Assembly (NCBI GenBank): GCA_019057795.1
Contig: JAHLWS010000065.1
Coordinates: forward strand, 32,001 to 96,000
DNA length: 64,000 bases
Direction of reading: 5' to 3'
Origin: Promethearchaeota archaeon
GTDB taxonomy: Archaea > Asgardarchaeota > Lokiarchaeia > Sigyniarchaeales > SOKP01
A program made the position numbers and the translations under genes. Under the pieces are notes generated by a model that had not been told where the DNA came from, searched no databases, and saw only the letters and a program-made list of their open reading frames with translations. This document shows, in pieces, positions 50,092 to 60,512 of this stretch (positions are counted from its first letter, which is position 1; every line of letters starts with the position of its first letter).

Positions 50092-51296
50092 TTAATCGCC
50101 TCCTCAACGCATTGTTCCATTGAGCCAATTTTTACTTTGAATTTATTCTTTGCGCGTCCGTAATAACACGCCTTTGCTGAATCTACCATGATTCCCTTGA
50201 AGCGCCCCTTAATTGGAGCAACAACGCAACAGGTATCTGCAGCAAATTTTGCTCCAGCATCTTCAATAATTTTAGAATAACCAGCTTCGTCTGCGATTTT
50301 CTTTGTAGGTCGAGCAGTAGTAATCCAAAATTCTTTCTTTACTTTTTTTCCTTCTAACAATTTTGCAATTTTAGCGATTTCGTGAATTGAAGCGTGAGGA
50401 CAACCTAGACTTACAAAATCTATCTCAAGATCATCGTCAATAAGCTCAGCACGAGTCTTATCTAAATCGTCCTGATTAATTTCAATAACAATTTCACTTG
50501 GTTTAGTGTATTTATTATACTCGGGAGTAATTCCTTCCATATGGAATAATGCTGTTCCACCATAGGTAGCGACGGAAGCGCAAAAAGACTTAAGCTCTTC
50601 AACGGTAGCAGAAGGGATTCCCGCAATATAAGGGACTTTTTTTCCTAGTTTTACTAGTTTATCGCCAATCAATTTTCCCAGCACGCCAAATTCGTCAGTA
50701 TTTTTAATCGAAGCGTTTATCTTAAACAAGACTTGGGCGTGACGATTTTCGTCCAAATGATAACCGTATTTAGGCGTTTTACCGGTTAAAGCCGCTGCCA
50801 ATGCGCTTGGTCCCCCCTCTCGATTCGTTCGAGCCCCAATAACGGAGTTGGAATAACAAACAGCGCTACTTTCGGCCCAAGCAATGTGTTGGCCATAATG
50901 AGGCGCGTTTCCAATTAAATAAGGTGTACAAGAACACGTCGTAATTATTCCCATTTTTGCAAAAACATCTATAGCACGATTCTGATTTTTAGCAAATTCT
51001 TCGTCAATTCCTAACGCTCTCCAATTTTCCCGATCCATTCCAGCGGGATTTAAAGTAGTTAAAACTCTGACCTTCCCATCTTCTGCCATTTCGTTTAAGA
51101 ATTCCAACCCTGCTTCGCCAAGATTAGCGTAGGAAACTCCTGCTATTTGAACTCCATGAACATCAACCATACATTCAGCACCAAATATTTCGCCTAATGT
51201 GGTTAATATTTCCATGGATTTCTGGACGGACTTTCCATGCTTTCCATCAAGCATATCTTTTTCTATTTGTTCTAATCTCATAATCCTCAATTGCAT
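50088..51296 (-). CDS. Phosphomevalonate dehydratase large subunit (aconitase X, DUF521)
   Basis: TLNP, CSCTPY, WAESSA, GARTNREGGPS, LGCPH, DTC and DSAK motifs. Confidence 0.9.
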   Translation of the reverse strand: MQLRIMRLEQIEKDMLDGKHGKSVQKSMEILTTLGEIFGAECMVDVHGVQIAGVSYANLGEAGLEFLNEMAEDGKVRVLTTLNPAGMDRENWRALGIDEEFAKNQNRAIDVFAKMGIITTCSCTPYLIGNAPHYGQHIAWAESSAVCYSNSVIGARTNREGGPSALAAALTGKTPKYGYHLDENRHAQVLFKINASIKNTDEFGVLGKLIGDKLVKLGKKVPYIAGIPSATVEELKSFCASVATYGGTALFHMEGITPEYNKYTKPSEIVIEINQDDLDKTRAELIDDDLEIDFVSLGCPHASIHEIAKIAKLLEGKKVKKEFWITTARPTKKIADEAGYSKIIEDAGAKFAADTCCVVAPIKGRFKGIMVDSAKACYYGRAKNKFKVKIGSMEQCVEEAIK

Positions 51297-51300
51297 TTTA

Positions 51301-52602
51301 TTAAAAATATTTGTTCAAATCTACTCTTGGGAAATCAGCTCTATCAAAACTCTTTCCTTTAGTTATAAGTGGTTTTGTTAAATCAAATCCCATTTTAGTT
51401 GTCATTTTCGTTCCCGGTTCTGCGCTAGGATCTAAACTACTTCCGGGTTCCTTATCTTTAATTATCATATTAACATTCCCTTGAAAGCGAGTTGCCATTG
51501 CCCATTCCACAGATAACGGGTCGTAAATATCAATATCTTTATCTACAATAAATATGTGTTTGCAACTACTATGGCCAATAAATGCACCATGAATAGCTTT
51601 TTTACCATCTTCTTCTGAATTTTTATCAATTTGTACAATTGCATGTAGCCATGAACATCCTCCAGGATTTATATTAACATCTAAGCACTTAACTCCAGAT
51701 TCGTTCACTTTATTGAAAATAGTGGGTTCTCTTGGCATACCCATCAATATTTTATGCTCAAGCGCACCAGGTAATAAAGCTTGCCAAATCGCGTCCTTTC
51801 TATGAGTTATTTTTTTAACTTCAAAAACTGGTTCTTCTCTTACAACATCATAAGTTTCTGTTAAGTCGACAAAAGGCCCTTCAGCGTGTTTTTCTTCTAA
51901 ATAGACTCGCCCTTCTAATACAAATTCTGCTTCTGCAGGGATTAAAAGATCAACTGAATTTGCTTTAACAACTTTTATTGGCTCTAATGCATTTGCAATA
52001 TGTAATTCATCAACTCCAATATCCACAGAAGTAGCACCGGCAATTAAAATGTTAGGAGTGTTACCTATACAAAAAGCAACATCTAATTCGCTATTTTTTT
52101 CTAAAAACGTATGAAAATGTCGACCTCTAACTATTCGAGTAGAAAATTTGTCTTTGGAAAATTGCATAGCCCGATGGAAATCCATGTTTTGTCCATAATC
52201 GGGGTCTCTTGTGATTACGACAGCAGAACTTACGTAATTCCCGCCGTCCTTTTCGCAATGAAATAAAATTGGTAATTTATCTAAATCTACGCTTGATTCT
52301 ATAACTTCTTGACAAAGAGCGTTTGATACGATTTCTGGTTCTGAGCGTTCATTTATTGCTTTTGAAAGCATTGGTATGATGTCTGCGGGAGTTACATTGA
52401 AATACGAAGCAATTACATTCTTAGTACAGAACATGTTGCCAACCAACCTGAATTCAGATTCTTTTACATTATTAAACATTAAGGGGGTTGGTTCTTTCTC
52501 TTTTAATATACCAGAAATCTCTAATTTCTTCGAAGTCTCGACATCTACCTTTTGAAGGAGTCCTTTCTCATCAATTTTATTTATATAATCTCTAAATCCC
52601 AT
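51301..52602 (-). CDS. UbiD-family decarboxylase, probable anhydromevalonate phosphate decarboxylase
   Basis: EGPF.D and GSSLDPS motifs; lies between HMGR and AcnX. Confidence 0.88.
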   Translation of the reverse strand: MGFRDYINKIDEKGLLQKVDVETSKKLEISGILKEKEPTPLMFNNVKESEFRLVGNMFCTKNVIASYFNVTPADIIPMLSKAINERSEPEIVSNALCQEVIESSVDLDKLPILFHCEKDGGNYVSSAVVITRDPDYGQNMDFHRAMQFSKDKFSTRIVRGRHFHTFLEKNSELDVAFCIGNTPNILIAGATSVDIGVDELHIANALEPIKVVKANSVDLLIPAEAEFVLEGRVYLEEKHAEGPFVDLTETYDVVREEPVFEVKKITHRKDAIWQALLPGALEHKILMGMPREPTIFNKVNESGVKCLDVNINPGGCSWLHAIVQIDKNSEEDGKKAIHGAFIGHSSCKHIFIVDKDIDIYDPLSVEWAMATRFQGNVNMIIKDKEPGSSLDPSAEPGTKMTTKMGFDLTKPLITKGKSFDRADFPRVDLNKYF

Positions 52603-52692
52603 AAATATCGTCTCAAAATTTTATTTATCGTGATGCAGTTATCAATTATATTACTTTTTATTAGAGGAGTTTATGAAACACTTTTTATAAAA

Positions 52693-53985
52693 CTAAAGGT
52701 TTTTACTTTTAACTATTTCCTTTAAAACTTCCTTTGCGTAATCTACTCTTATTTTTTTATCTTCTACTATTTTATTTGCAACCTCTTCAATCAAATTATC
52801 AGGTACACCTGCTAATTTCGCAATATTACGAGAGTGAAGTGTCATATGACCTTTTTGGATACCTTCTGATGCTAAGGCTCTTAAGGCGGCTACATTCTGG
52901 GCTAAACCTAACGCTGCAGCAATTTGAGATAACTCTTCTGCACTCTTAACACCTAAAATTTTCAATGCTAGACGTGCCATTGGATGGATTTTTGTCATTC
53001 CTCCAACAATTCCAAGAGCTAGAGGGACTTCTATCTCGCCAACTAAATTACCGTCTGAGTCAGATTTAAATTTCGTAAGAGGTTTGTATTTGCCACTCAA
53101 AGAAGCATAAGCGTGAGCTCCTGCTTCAATAGCACGAGTGTCGTTTCCTGTTGCTAAAGTTAACGCTATTATTCCATTCATTATCCCTTTATTATGGGTC
53201 GTTGCCCTATAGGGATCGGCAAGCGCAAATTCATAAGCGTTTAAAATGCCCTCAACTACTTCTTCTCCACCCAACAAGTTCTTATCAAATACTGCTTTAC
53301 ATTTCGCAATTCGATGTGTAGCCAAGTTGGATACGATTCGCAAATATATCTTCCCTTCACTAATTTCTTCTATATAAGGACTTACGGCTTCAGCCATCGT
53401 ATTTACTACATTAGCACCCATAGCGTCTAATACATTAACCAGAAGGTGAAGGATTACCATTTTGCCTTTTTTGGTTTCTATTTCTCGAACCTCTATATCT
53501 AGAGCACCGCCACCTAACTTATTTAGTAAGGGGTCTTGCTCATTTGCAATTTTTAAGATTTTTTCCTTATTTCTCACTAAAATTTCCTTAGCAGCAACAA
53601 TATCTTTTAATTGAGTTATTTGTATTTGAGAAATCATGATTGATTTAACTTCTTCAGACTGAAAACCCCCGTTTTTTCTTGCTATCTTAGCTGCGTTAGA
53701 AGCAGCGGCCACAACTGAAGGTTCTTCAATCACCATGGGCAAAATATAATCTTTTCCATTGATCCTAAAGTTTAAAGCAATACCCAAGGGCAATTGGTAA
53801 CTCCCAATTACATTTTCTATTAGCGTGTCAATTTGACTGGGCGTAAAATACCCCAAAGCTTGCAATAGTTTAACTTCTTCCTGTTTTAAGTTAATTAATT
53901 TAGCTAATTGATGTTGGCGTTCTTCTAAGGATAGCTTATAAAAACCCGAAATATCTGAACGAATTTCTTGCATCTTTTTATTCAC
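52693..53985 (-). CDS. HMG-CoA reductase (class II)
   Basis: ENVIG, EEPSVVAA, DAMGAN, THNKGIMNG, GNDTRAIEAG and GHMTLH motifs. Confidence 0.93.
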   Translation of the reverse strand: MNKKMQEIRSDISGFYKLSLEERQHQLAKLINLKQEEVKLLQALGYFTPSQIDTLIENVIGSYQLPLGIALNFRINGKDYILPMVIEEPSVVAAASNAAKIARKNGGFQSEEVKSIMISQIQITQLKDIVAAKEILVRNKEKILKIANEQDPLLNKLGGGALDIEVREIETKKGKMVILHLLVNVLDAMGANVVNTMAEAVSPYIEEISEGKIYLRIVSNLATHRIAKCKAVFDKNLLGGEEVVEGILNAYEFALADPYRATTHNKGIMNGIIALTLATGNDTRAIEAGAHAYASLSGKYKPLTKFKSDSDGNLVGEIEVPLALGIVGGMTKIHPMARLALKILGVKSAEELSQIAAALGLAQNVAALRALASEGIQKGHMTLHSRNIAKLAGVPDNLIEEVANKIVEDKKIRVDYAKEVLKEIVKSKNL

Positions 53986-54119
53986 ATTAATCTTAATTTG
54001 AAATTATTTATATCATCTTCTAATTGTTTTGCCTTAGATAATTTTGAACTTTTAGTTGATAGGATAGGAAGGTGAAAAATAGAAGATGTCATTATTAACT
54101 ATAATTCTAAAACATAAAT

Positions 54120-55748
54120 TTAATAAATTTTTTGAACGGGATAATACAAAGGACTCCAATTTAACAACCCGATTGCGTTGAAGTTTGTTTCTTCTTTATT
54201 TTCAAGGCGTCTTATCTCGTACTCTAAACTAGCTCCCTGTTTAACGTTACCAGCAATCCTTACTAAACCGTTATAAAGGTAATTAAGATTGTTTTCGTTA
54301 GGATTTACTATAGGTTCTGACTTTAACACCGCATATAGAGGAAAAAACTTCTCGTGTAAGCCAGAGTGACCTTTCGGACAATGGTTTAAACCTTCTATAT
54401 TAGGAAGAATGCATCCTTCGTCGCAAAAATGAAGAGTAAAACCTCTCTTATTATTCTTTTCGTGTTCGACTATTTCTCCTAAAACTGTTTTCGGTAAGAA
54501 TTTACCTGCCTTTATCTTCTCGTACTCTTGTATAGTCTTACGTTCTTTATTTTCTATGAAATCATTAATCTTGGGATGTTTGCTTACAATTTCTTTAAAT
54601 CTTTTCTGTACTTTTAGTAATCCAGAAATGCAAGTAGCTCCTGAGCCGTAAGAGCCGAAATAGATGACGTCGTTAACGTGACTATATTCTTCCATTATGA
54701 AGACTATTTGACTCCAGATGCTCGCGTTGTAGCTGTTCCCAAAATGCGAAGGCACTCTTAATTGTGGAAGTACTTTACTTTTAACATTTGCTATAAGTTT
54801 GTTTGATATGGTTTCTAATGTTTCGGAGGAATAACCCCTCTCTTTCAGTTTCAAATATAACCACTCTGGTAAAACAGTAATATCGTGCATAAGATAATCA
54901 AGCTTCTTAAGGATGGACGATTTTATTTGATTTTTTTTAACCTTTGGAAGGTTCTGAATATGTTTTATCCAGCGTTTTTGGATTATCTGTTGCATAATTT
55001 TTATTGGTAGTTTAGAAAATGGTGCGTGAAATGTGTAGTAATCAGCGTGAAAATCCCCTATATTATTAATTAAATCGTCGTATGCTTTTAATTGAAAATT
55101 GAGATAAGTATTTACTGAATAATGACCAAAAACTTTAGCATTTTTTTCATTAGCGGGGCGGAAAAAATCGTCTACATTTCCCGAAACCTTTCCAAATTTT
55201 TCACCAAAGGTCGCAACCCTAGGATTTTTTGAAATAACTAAAGCAATTGCTCCTGAACCTTGAGTAGCCTCACTTGGACTGCCTACTTGATACGAAGAAA
55301 TATCAACACTTATAACAAGAGCTTTTTTTATAATATCTTTTTCTACTAAAGCAATCGCGTTGAGAAGGGCTAAAGTCCCACCAGCACACGCATTATAAAC
55401 ATCTTGACAAACAGAATTTGTTGAAATCCCTAACAATTCGGCGAAGATGTTCGAAACAGACTTCACAGCATAGGTAATCGTTTCTGTTCCTACGAATAAC
55501 GCGTCAATGCTTTTAGGAGATATGCCTCCCTTTACTAACGCTTGATATCCTGCCTTTATTCCTAGAGAAATGATATCCTCGTTAACCTCTGGTATTCTCA
55601 TTTCGTGAACCATCAATCCTTTCTTAAATTTCCCAGGATCAACATTCCGCTCAACAGCGAGGTCCTTTAATTTGATGTAATATTTTGGGGCATAAAACCC
55701 TACACTATCGATACCGATGTCACAAAACAAATAATCGTTGTTTATCAT
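54120..55748 (-). CDS. HMG-CoA synthase with C-terminal Zn-ribbon/OB-like (DUF35-like) extension
   Basis: GTET, NACAGG, EATQGSGA, FHAPF, GNSYNAS and SYGSG motifs; tail HFCDEGC...HCPKGH. Confidence 0.85.
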   Translation of the reverse strand: MINNDYLFCDIGIDSVGFYAPKYYIKLKDLAVERNVDPGKFKKGLMVHEMRIPEVNEDIISLGIKAGYQALVKGGISPKSIDALFVGTETITYAVKSVSNIFAELLGISTNSVCQDVYNACAGGTLALLNAIALVEKDIIKKALVISVDISSYQVGSPSEATQGSGAIALVISKNPRVATFGEKFGKVSGNVDDFFRPANEKNAKVFGHYSVNTYLNFQLKAYDDLINNIGDFHADYYTFHAPFSKLPIKIMQQIIQKRWIKHIQNLPKVKKNQIKSSILKKLDYLMHDITVLPEWLYLKLKERGYSSETLETISNKLIANVKSKVLPQLRVPSHFGNSYNASIWSQIVFIMEEYSHVNDVIYFGSYGSGATCISGLLKVQKRFKEIVSKHPKINDFIENKERKTIQEYEKIKAGKFLPKTVLGEIVEHEKNNKRGFTLHFCDEGCILPNIEGLNHCPKGHSGLHEKFFPLYAVLKSEPIVNPNENNLNYLYNGLVRIAGNVKQGASLEYEIRRLENKEETNFNAIGLLNWSPLYYPVQKIY

Positions 55749-56040
55749 TAGGGATCTCTCTTTTATCGCTGGTTCTAATTAGTTCGATTATTAAATTGAA
55801 TTTATAAATGTAATGTTTATTTATTCAAAAACTTATCTAGTTAAACATTTCTTAATATATGAGGTTCTTATATAAATTAAATGAGGGAATTAATATTAGC
55901 AACAGTTCAAATTCTTAAATGTGGTAATGATCCAAGAATTTGAATTGTAATTCAAATAATAAAAATTTATAATAAATAAATCTCATATTCCTATTAATAG
56001 TAGTATCAATTGTAGTAATTTCTCTAAGGGTTAAATTTTC

Positions 56041-56766
56041 TTGGAAGAATTAAAGGACATACCCGCAAATAAATTGCCTAAACACATTGGTTTAATTCTA
56101 GATGGTAATCGTAGATGGGCAAAAAAAAATTTGCTTGAAGCAAATGTGGGCCATTTAATAGGGTACGAGAATTTAAAAGAGAGGTTATTTGACTTTTTTG
56201 ACGCAGGAATTCATTATTTGAGCATTTACGCCTTGTCGCTTGAAAACGCACGGAAAAGAAGTGTTAACGAACTTAGATATATTTTTAAGATAATTTTAAA
56301 AGCAGTGGACACGGTAATAAATGAATCAACTGTAAGAGAAGAGAAAGTCAAATTTAACGTAATTGGCCGAATACATTTGCTACCTGAAGATGTCCAGGAG
56401 AAAATCAAAGAATTAATTGAATTTACAAAGGACCATAACCAAAATTTCATTAACTTGTGCATTATGTATGACGGCCAAGAAGAAATCGTAGACGCTATGA
56501 AAAAGATAACGGAGGATAATATAAAATCCGAAGATATTACGCGAGATTTAATCAAGAGTTATTTATATACGAAAAGTTTTCCTGAGGTAGATTACATAAT
56601 TCGCACTGGCATGAGCGATGGCGCTAGAATCTCGGGATTTCTGTTATGGGACGCATCTTATGCAGAGTTCAAATTTAGAACTGACCTATGGCCTGATTAT
56701 AATAAAGAAATGATAATTGAAGATATTAAAGATTATTTGAAGAGAAATCGAAGAAAAGGTAAATGA
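56041..56766 (+). CDS. uppS: cis-prenyltransferase (undecaprenyl/dolichyl diphosphate synthase)
   Basis: HIGLILDGNRRWA, RISGFLLW and RRKG motifs. Confidence 0.92.
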   Translation: MEELKDIPANKLPKHIGLILDGNRRWAKKNLLEANVGHLIGYENLKERLFDFFDAGIHYLSIYALSLENARKRSVNELRYIFKIILKAVDTVINESTVREEKVKFNVIGRIHLLPEDVQEKIKELIEFTKDHNQNFINLCIMYDGQEEIVDAMKKITEDNIKSEDITRDLIKSYLYTKSFPEVDYIIRTGMSDGARISGFLLWDASYAEFKFRTDLWPDYNKEMIIEDIKDYLKRNRRKGK

Positions 56767-56928
56767 AAAAGAAATAAAGTTTTATTTTTGTAAAAATTTA
56801 AAATCAATTAATTTTATATTGTTGATATTAAGGTAAAATAGCACTTTTACGCATACATTATTAATTCGTAATAAATATCTGTTATGCGCAACTAATAGAA
56901 ATATTAAATTTAAATAATATACAGTAAT

Positions 56929-58815
56929 ATGGCGATCTCAGACCCTAATCAAGTAATCTCCATAACTATAAAAAAATTTCCTCAAAATCTTCTAATTCCT
57001 AATTTAAAAAATTCTGTTTCCTTAGAAGTTATGAACTATTCTAAAAAGGAGGAACATTTTAAATTTGTTTTTGAGGGAGAAAATCTAGATATTGAGGTTA
57101 AACCAGACGAGTTCAACAAAGAAATTCTATTTAAACCGGGAGAAACTAAGAAAATTGATTTAGCGTTGAAACCAACCGCTGATGGGTACGGAAAATTAAC
57201 AATTAATGCCTATTGGATGAAATTGGTCGAATATATGGTAGATGTACAAAAAGTTAGAGAGACTATTTCCGCGAGTAAAATAAATAAAATTTTAAAAAAT
57301 ATACAAGTTCTCGAATTCGATGATGGCGATGGTTTTAACTCAAAAGACTTTTTTATAACCTCTAGTAAGAGTGAAGTTAAAAAAATTGAGAAGGAAATTA
57401 AAGAGTTAATAAAAAATTATAGCGAGATACAAAAAAACTCACAAACTTCCGACACACCTTTATTAAAGGGAGATACTGGGGTTAGGCTTATTGAAATTGA
57501 TAGCCAATTAAGGGTTCTAGCAAAATCATATCTCTCGATAGGTGATTTTTTTAAGGCGTTAGAAAGCTCGTTAAAACTATCCGATGAAGGAGAAAAAATA
57601 AGGTTTTATTATAGTTTAATTAGAGCTAATGCAACAGCTAATTTAGACGCCACATTAGAAGTTATTAAAAAATTAAACGATAGAAATAAAAAAAATCAAG
57701 TAATAGAAAAAATAGCGCTTGACTTACTAAATACTAATCAAGATCAAGTTCTGACGGTTCTTTCTTTTATCGACGACGCTTCATTAAAAGAAAAAGTGCT
57801 CATTAATGTCATTAGCAGGACTCTGGATAAAGGATTTAATTTAGCTCTTAAATTTTCCGAGTCTATTGAAGATGAGATCGTTAAAATCAAAGTTTTATTT
57901 AATGTTATAAAAAAATTACATGAAAAAAATAATAATGCAATAATTCTTAAAATTATTAATCAAATCAATCAAATTATACTCAATTCCAATAAAATTGTTT
58001 TATCAGATAAAGATTATCAAAATCCTGCTTACGGATTTTTTAGAGAAACCATATGCATTTTAGCGGAATTAGATTGTCCAGAGGCTGCCGATACGGTCAT
58101 AGGGGGAATAGGTTCGGTAGAGCTAAGAGAAAGAGTTGCTAAAGACTTATTTAATGAAATTTACGAGATGGTTAAAGAGAAAAAAACTAAAGTTGAACCT
58201 ATAGGAACCTTTTCTCAATTCTTTCTATTAAATACTTACGCTTCAAAAATCTCTAACGAAATACAAAATTTTTCCCTCGTTGGAGGAAATGCAAGCAGTA
58301 ATATTCTAATGGGCGATTATAACTTCAACATCGCTCTCATATCGCTATTTAGTTTTAATTTTAGCATATTTCCAATCATTGATAGAGTTTATTCAGAGTT
58401 AAAGTACAGTTCGGACAAATTATTTGCGTATTACATCTATCCCTCAATCAACAATCACGATCAAGAAGAATTAATAGTAATACAATCCACATTAAAAAAG
58501 TTCTTTCAACCAGAAAAAATTTCAAAACAAGTTGTAGTTTTTAATTTTGACTTTATTCCCTATTTAGGAAAACCTACAGTTATTCTCTCTTCTGAATTAG
58601 ATGAGACGAATTCAATTAAAACCAAAATTATAAAGCACCTTGGAGATCGCGTTAATTTAATAATAGATGACTCGTTATTTAAGGGGGGCGAAACTGTGGA
58701 CAACCTAAATCGCATATTCTATGGTAGTAATTTTAAAATAGTCAATTTAGTTTTATCGTATGAATTCATTAACAATTACGATATGTTTAAAGCGTTTATC
58801 CAATCAATAATGTAA
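56929..58815 (+). CDS. Hypothetical protein with Ig-like N-terminus and helical-repeat region
   Basis: 628-aa ORF; beta-rich N-terminus followed by an amphipathic helical repeat pattern. Confidence 0.55.
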   Translation: MAISDPNQVISITIKKFPQNLLIPNLKNSVSLEVMNYSKKEEHFKFVFEGENLDIEVKPDEFNKEILFKPGETKKIDLALKPTADGYGKLTINAYWMKLVEYMVDVQKVRETISASKINKILKNIQVLEFDDGDGFNSKDFFITSSKSEVKKIEKEIKELIKNYSEIQKNSQTSDTPLLKGDTGVRLIEIDSQLRVLAKSYLSIGDFFKALESSLKLSDEGEKIRFYYSLIRANATANLDATLEVIKKLNDRNKKNQVIEKIALDLLNTNQDQVLTVLSFIDDASLKEKVLINVISRTLDKGFNLALKFSESIEDEIVKIKVLFNVIKKLHEKNNNAIILKIINQINQIILNSNKIVLSDKDYQNPAYGFFRETICILAELDCPEAADTVIGGIGSVELRERVAKDLFNEIYEMVKEKKTKVEPIGTFSQFFLLNTYASKISNEIQNFSLVGGNASSNILMGDYNFNIALISLFSFNFSIFPIIDRVYSELKYSSDKLFAYYIYPSINNHDQEELIVIQSTLKKFFQPEKISKQVVVFNFDFIPYLGKPTVILSSELDETNSIKTKIIKHLGDRVNLIIDDSLFKGGETVDNLNRIFYGSNFKIVNLVLSYEFINNYDMFKAFIQSIM

Positions 58816-58845
58816 TTTAATAAGTTTTCAAACTAAAATTCAAAA

Positions 58846-60510
58846 GTGAATAAATTTATGGCTAAGGATAAAAAAAAGAAAAAGAAGAAAAGATCAGGTG
58901 GAGATGATTATGGCACATTCTCACAATTAATAGGGAAAGATACGGGACTTCCTTCAGGCGTTTATATTGGAGAACCCGTAGATAGATCTTCGGATCAATT
59001 GTTTCTTGGAACGGAATACAGAGAAGTTCTTATTCCCGAAAGACCTTGGGGTGAAATCTTAGCCGATATCGAGCATTGGACCCCATTGCCCTTCACGCAT
59101 GGAATTGAAATGGAATTAATTATCGCAGATGATAACGGTAACTACCCCCCTGGTGATGAAATGGTTTATCGGATGAAAGAGATCGTAAAAGATGCTATAA
59201 AAATCATGGACCAGATTTTATACGAAGGGAGAAGCGATTTCTTACCTGTTCCCGATTATATTCGGAAAAAAGTATTGTCAAGGCCTTATGGGAAGGATGA
59301 CATTGAGAAGGGTTTTGCTATGGTTATTCGATATTCTCTTCCAGATGGAAATGTCGTTGACATAGATACTTTTGCTCGTGACGGTAATGTTACAGCAGTT
59401 ACTTACATATTAGAACTCGTAACTCCTCCATGTGAATACGCTGAAGAACTAGCTTATTGGGCAAGCACCTTATTTCTTCTCGCAAAAATAACCTTACCAA
59501 GAGATTTACACATCATAGCTTCGGCCATAAATCCAGCTGCTAAAGAATACATGCGTGGATTGAGTCAAGCAGATCATTCGCATATCGGGTCCTTCAAATC
59601 TGATTTAGAAAAAGCACAAGCATATTGTATGATTCGCAACTTTATTCCGCATATAATTGCTCTTACATGTAATTCTCCAATTATAAATAACAAACCTACA
59701 GATGTAGTAAAAATCGTTAACAACCGAATTACAGCACCAAATTGCGTGCGTTCTTTAAGGTTGAAATATAACACTACAATGTTAAGTAATAACGACCCTA
59801 AGCATTTTCCCCCTTATTTAAATTCGGGAGACCAAGATACTATCAATTATTTTCTTCAGGTTGTCCAAAAGGCGAGTTTAGAGGATGGACGCTTCCAAGA
59901 CGTGTTTCCTTTCACAGATTGGGGAACGATTGAAATAAGGGTTAGCGACGCTCAAATTTCAATATGCCGTAGAATAGGAATCGCCTTATTACTACAAGCG
60001 ATGTGTTATAAAACTCGAAAGTTATTAGAACAGGGACTATGGGTGCCAGACGCGGGTAGCGAGACGATCGCATATAACCGAAAGACTACCATCGAAAGAG
60101 GGTTAATATCGTTATTCCGCCCTCAAAATCTTACTCGAGAACATCTCGCTCAATATGACCCAAATTTTGCAGAACAATATTTGGGACCTGAGAATCAACC
60201 TATAAGGTATATGACTCAGGCAGTTCAGAGGATGTTCTTCTACTTTAAGGATGAATTAAAAGAGCTTGGTTTTCTTTACTCGCCCTTTTTGAAACCTATA
60301 CTTCAATCGGTTTTTGGAAATGTAAGCTATGCAGAGCCTCCAATAACTGAAGCGGAGTACCAATTAAGCCTATATCAATATAAATTAGATAACAATGAAG
60401 ATCCGAATATTCTCTATGATTTAATTTATTTCACAATAGAATATTGTCAAGATCCGTTAAATAATCCGCTTACAGGCGTATTATCTCTTCCAAAAGAAAT
60501 GAGAGAATAA
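58846..60510 (+). CDS. Glutamate-cysteine ligase family 2 (GCS2) / carboxylate-amine ligase
   Basis: GIEMEL, LELVT, HSHIG, ALTCNSP and GTIEIRVSD motifs. Confidence 0.75.
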   Translation: MNKFMAKDKKKKKKKRSGGDDYGTFSQLIGKDTGLPSGVYIGEPVDRSSDQLFLGTEYREVLIPERPWGEILADIEHWTPLPFTHGIEMELIIADDNGNYPPGDEMVYRMKEIVKDAIKIMDQILYEGRSDFLPVPDYIRKKVLSRPYGKDDIEKGFAMVIRYSLPDGNVVDIDTFARDGNVTAVTYILELVTPPCEYAEELAYWASTLFLLAKITLPRDLHIIASAINPAAKEYMRGLSQADHSHIGSFKSDLEKAQAYCMIRNFIPHIIALTCNSPIINNKPTDVVKIVNNRITAPNCVRSLRLKYNTTMLSNNDPKHFPPYLNSGDQDTINYFLQVVQKASLEDGRFQDVFPFTDWGTIEIRVSDAQISICRRIGIALLLQAMCYKTRKLLEQGLWVPDAGSETIAYNRKTTIERGLISLFRPQNLTREHLAQYDPNFAEQYLGPENQPIRYMTQAVQRMFFYFKDELKELGFLYSPFLKPILQSVFGNVSYAEPPITEAEYQLSLYQYKLDNNEDPNILYDLIYFTIEYCQDPLNNPLTGVLSLPKEMRE

Positions 60511-60512
60511 AA

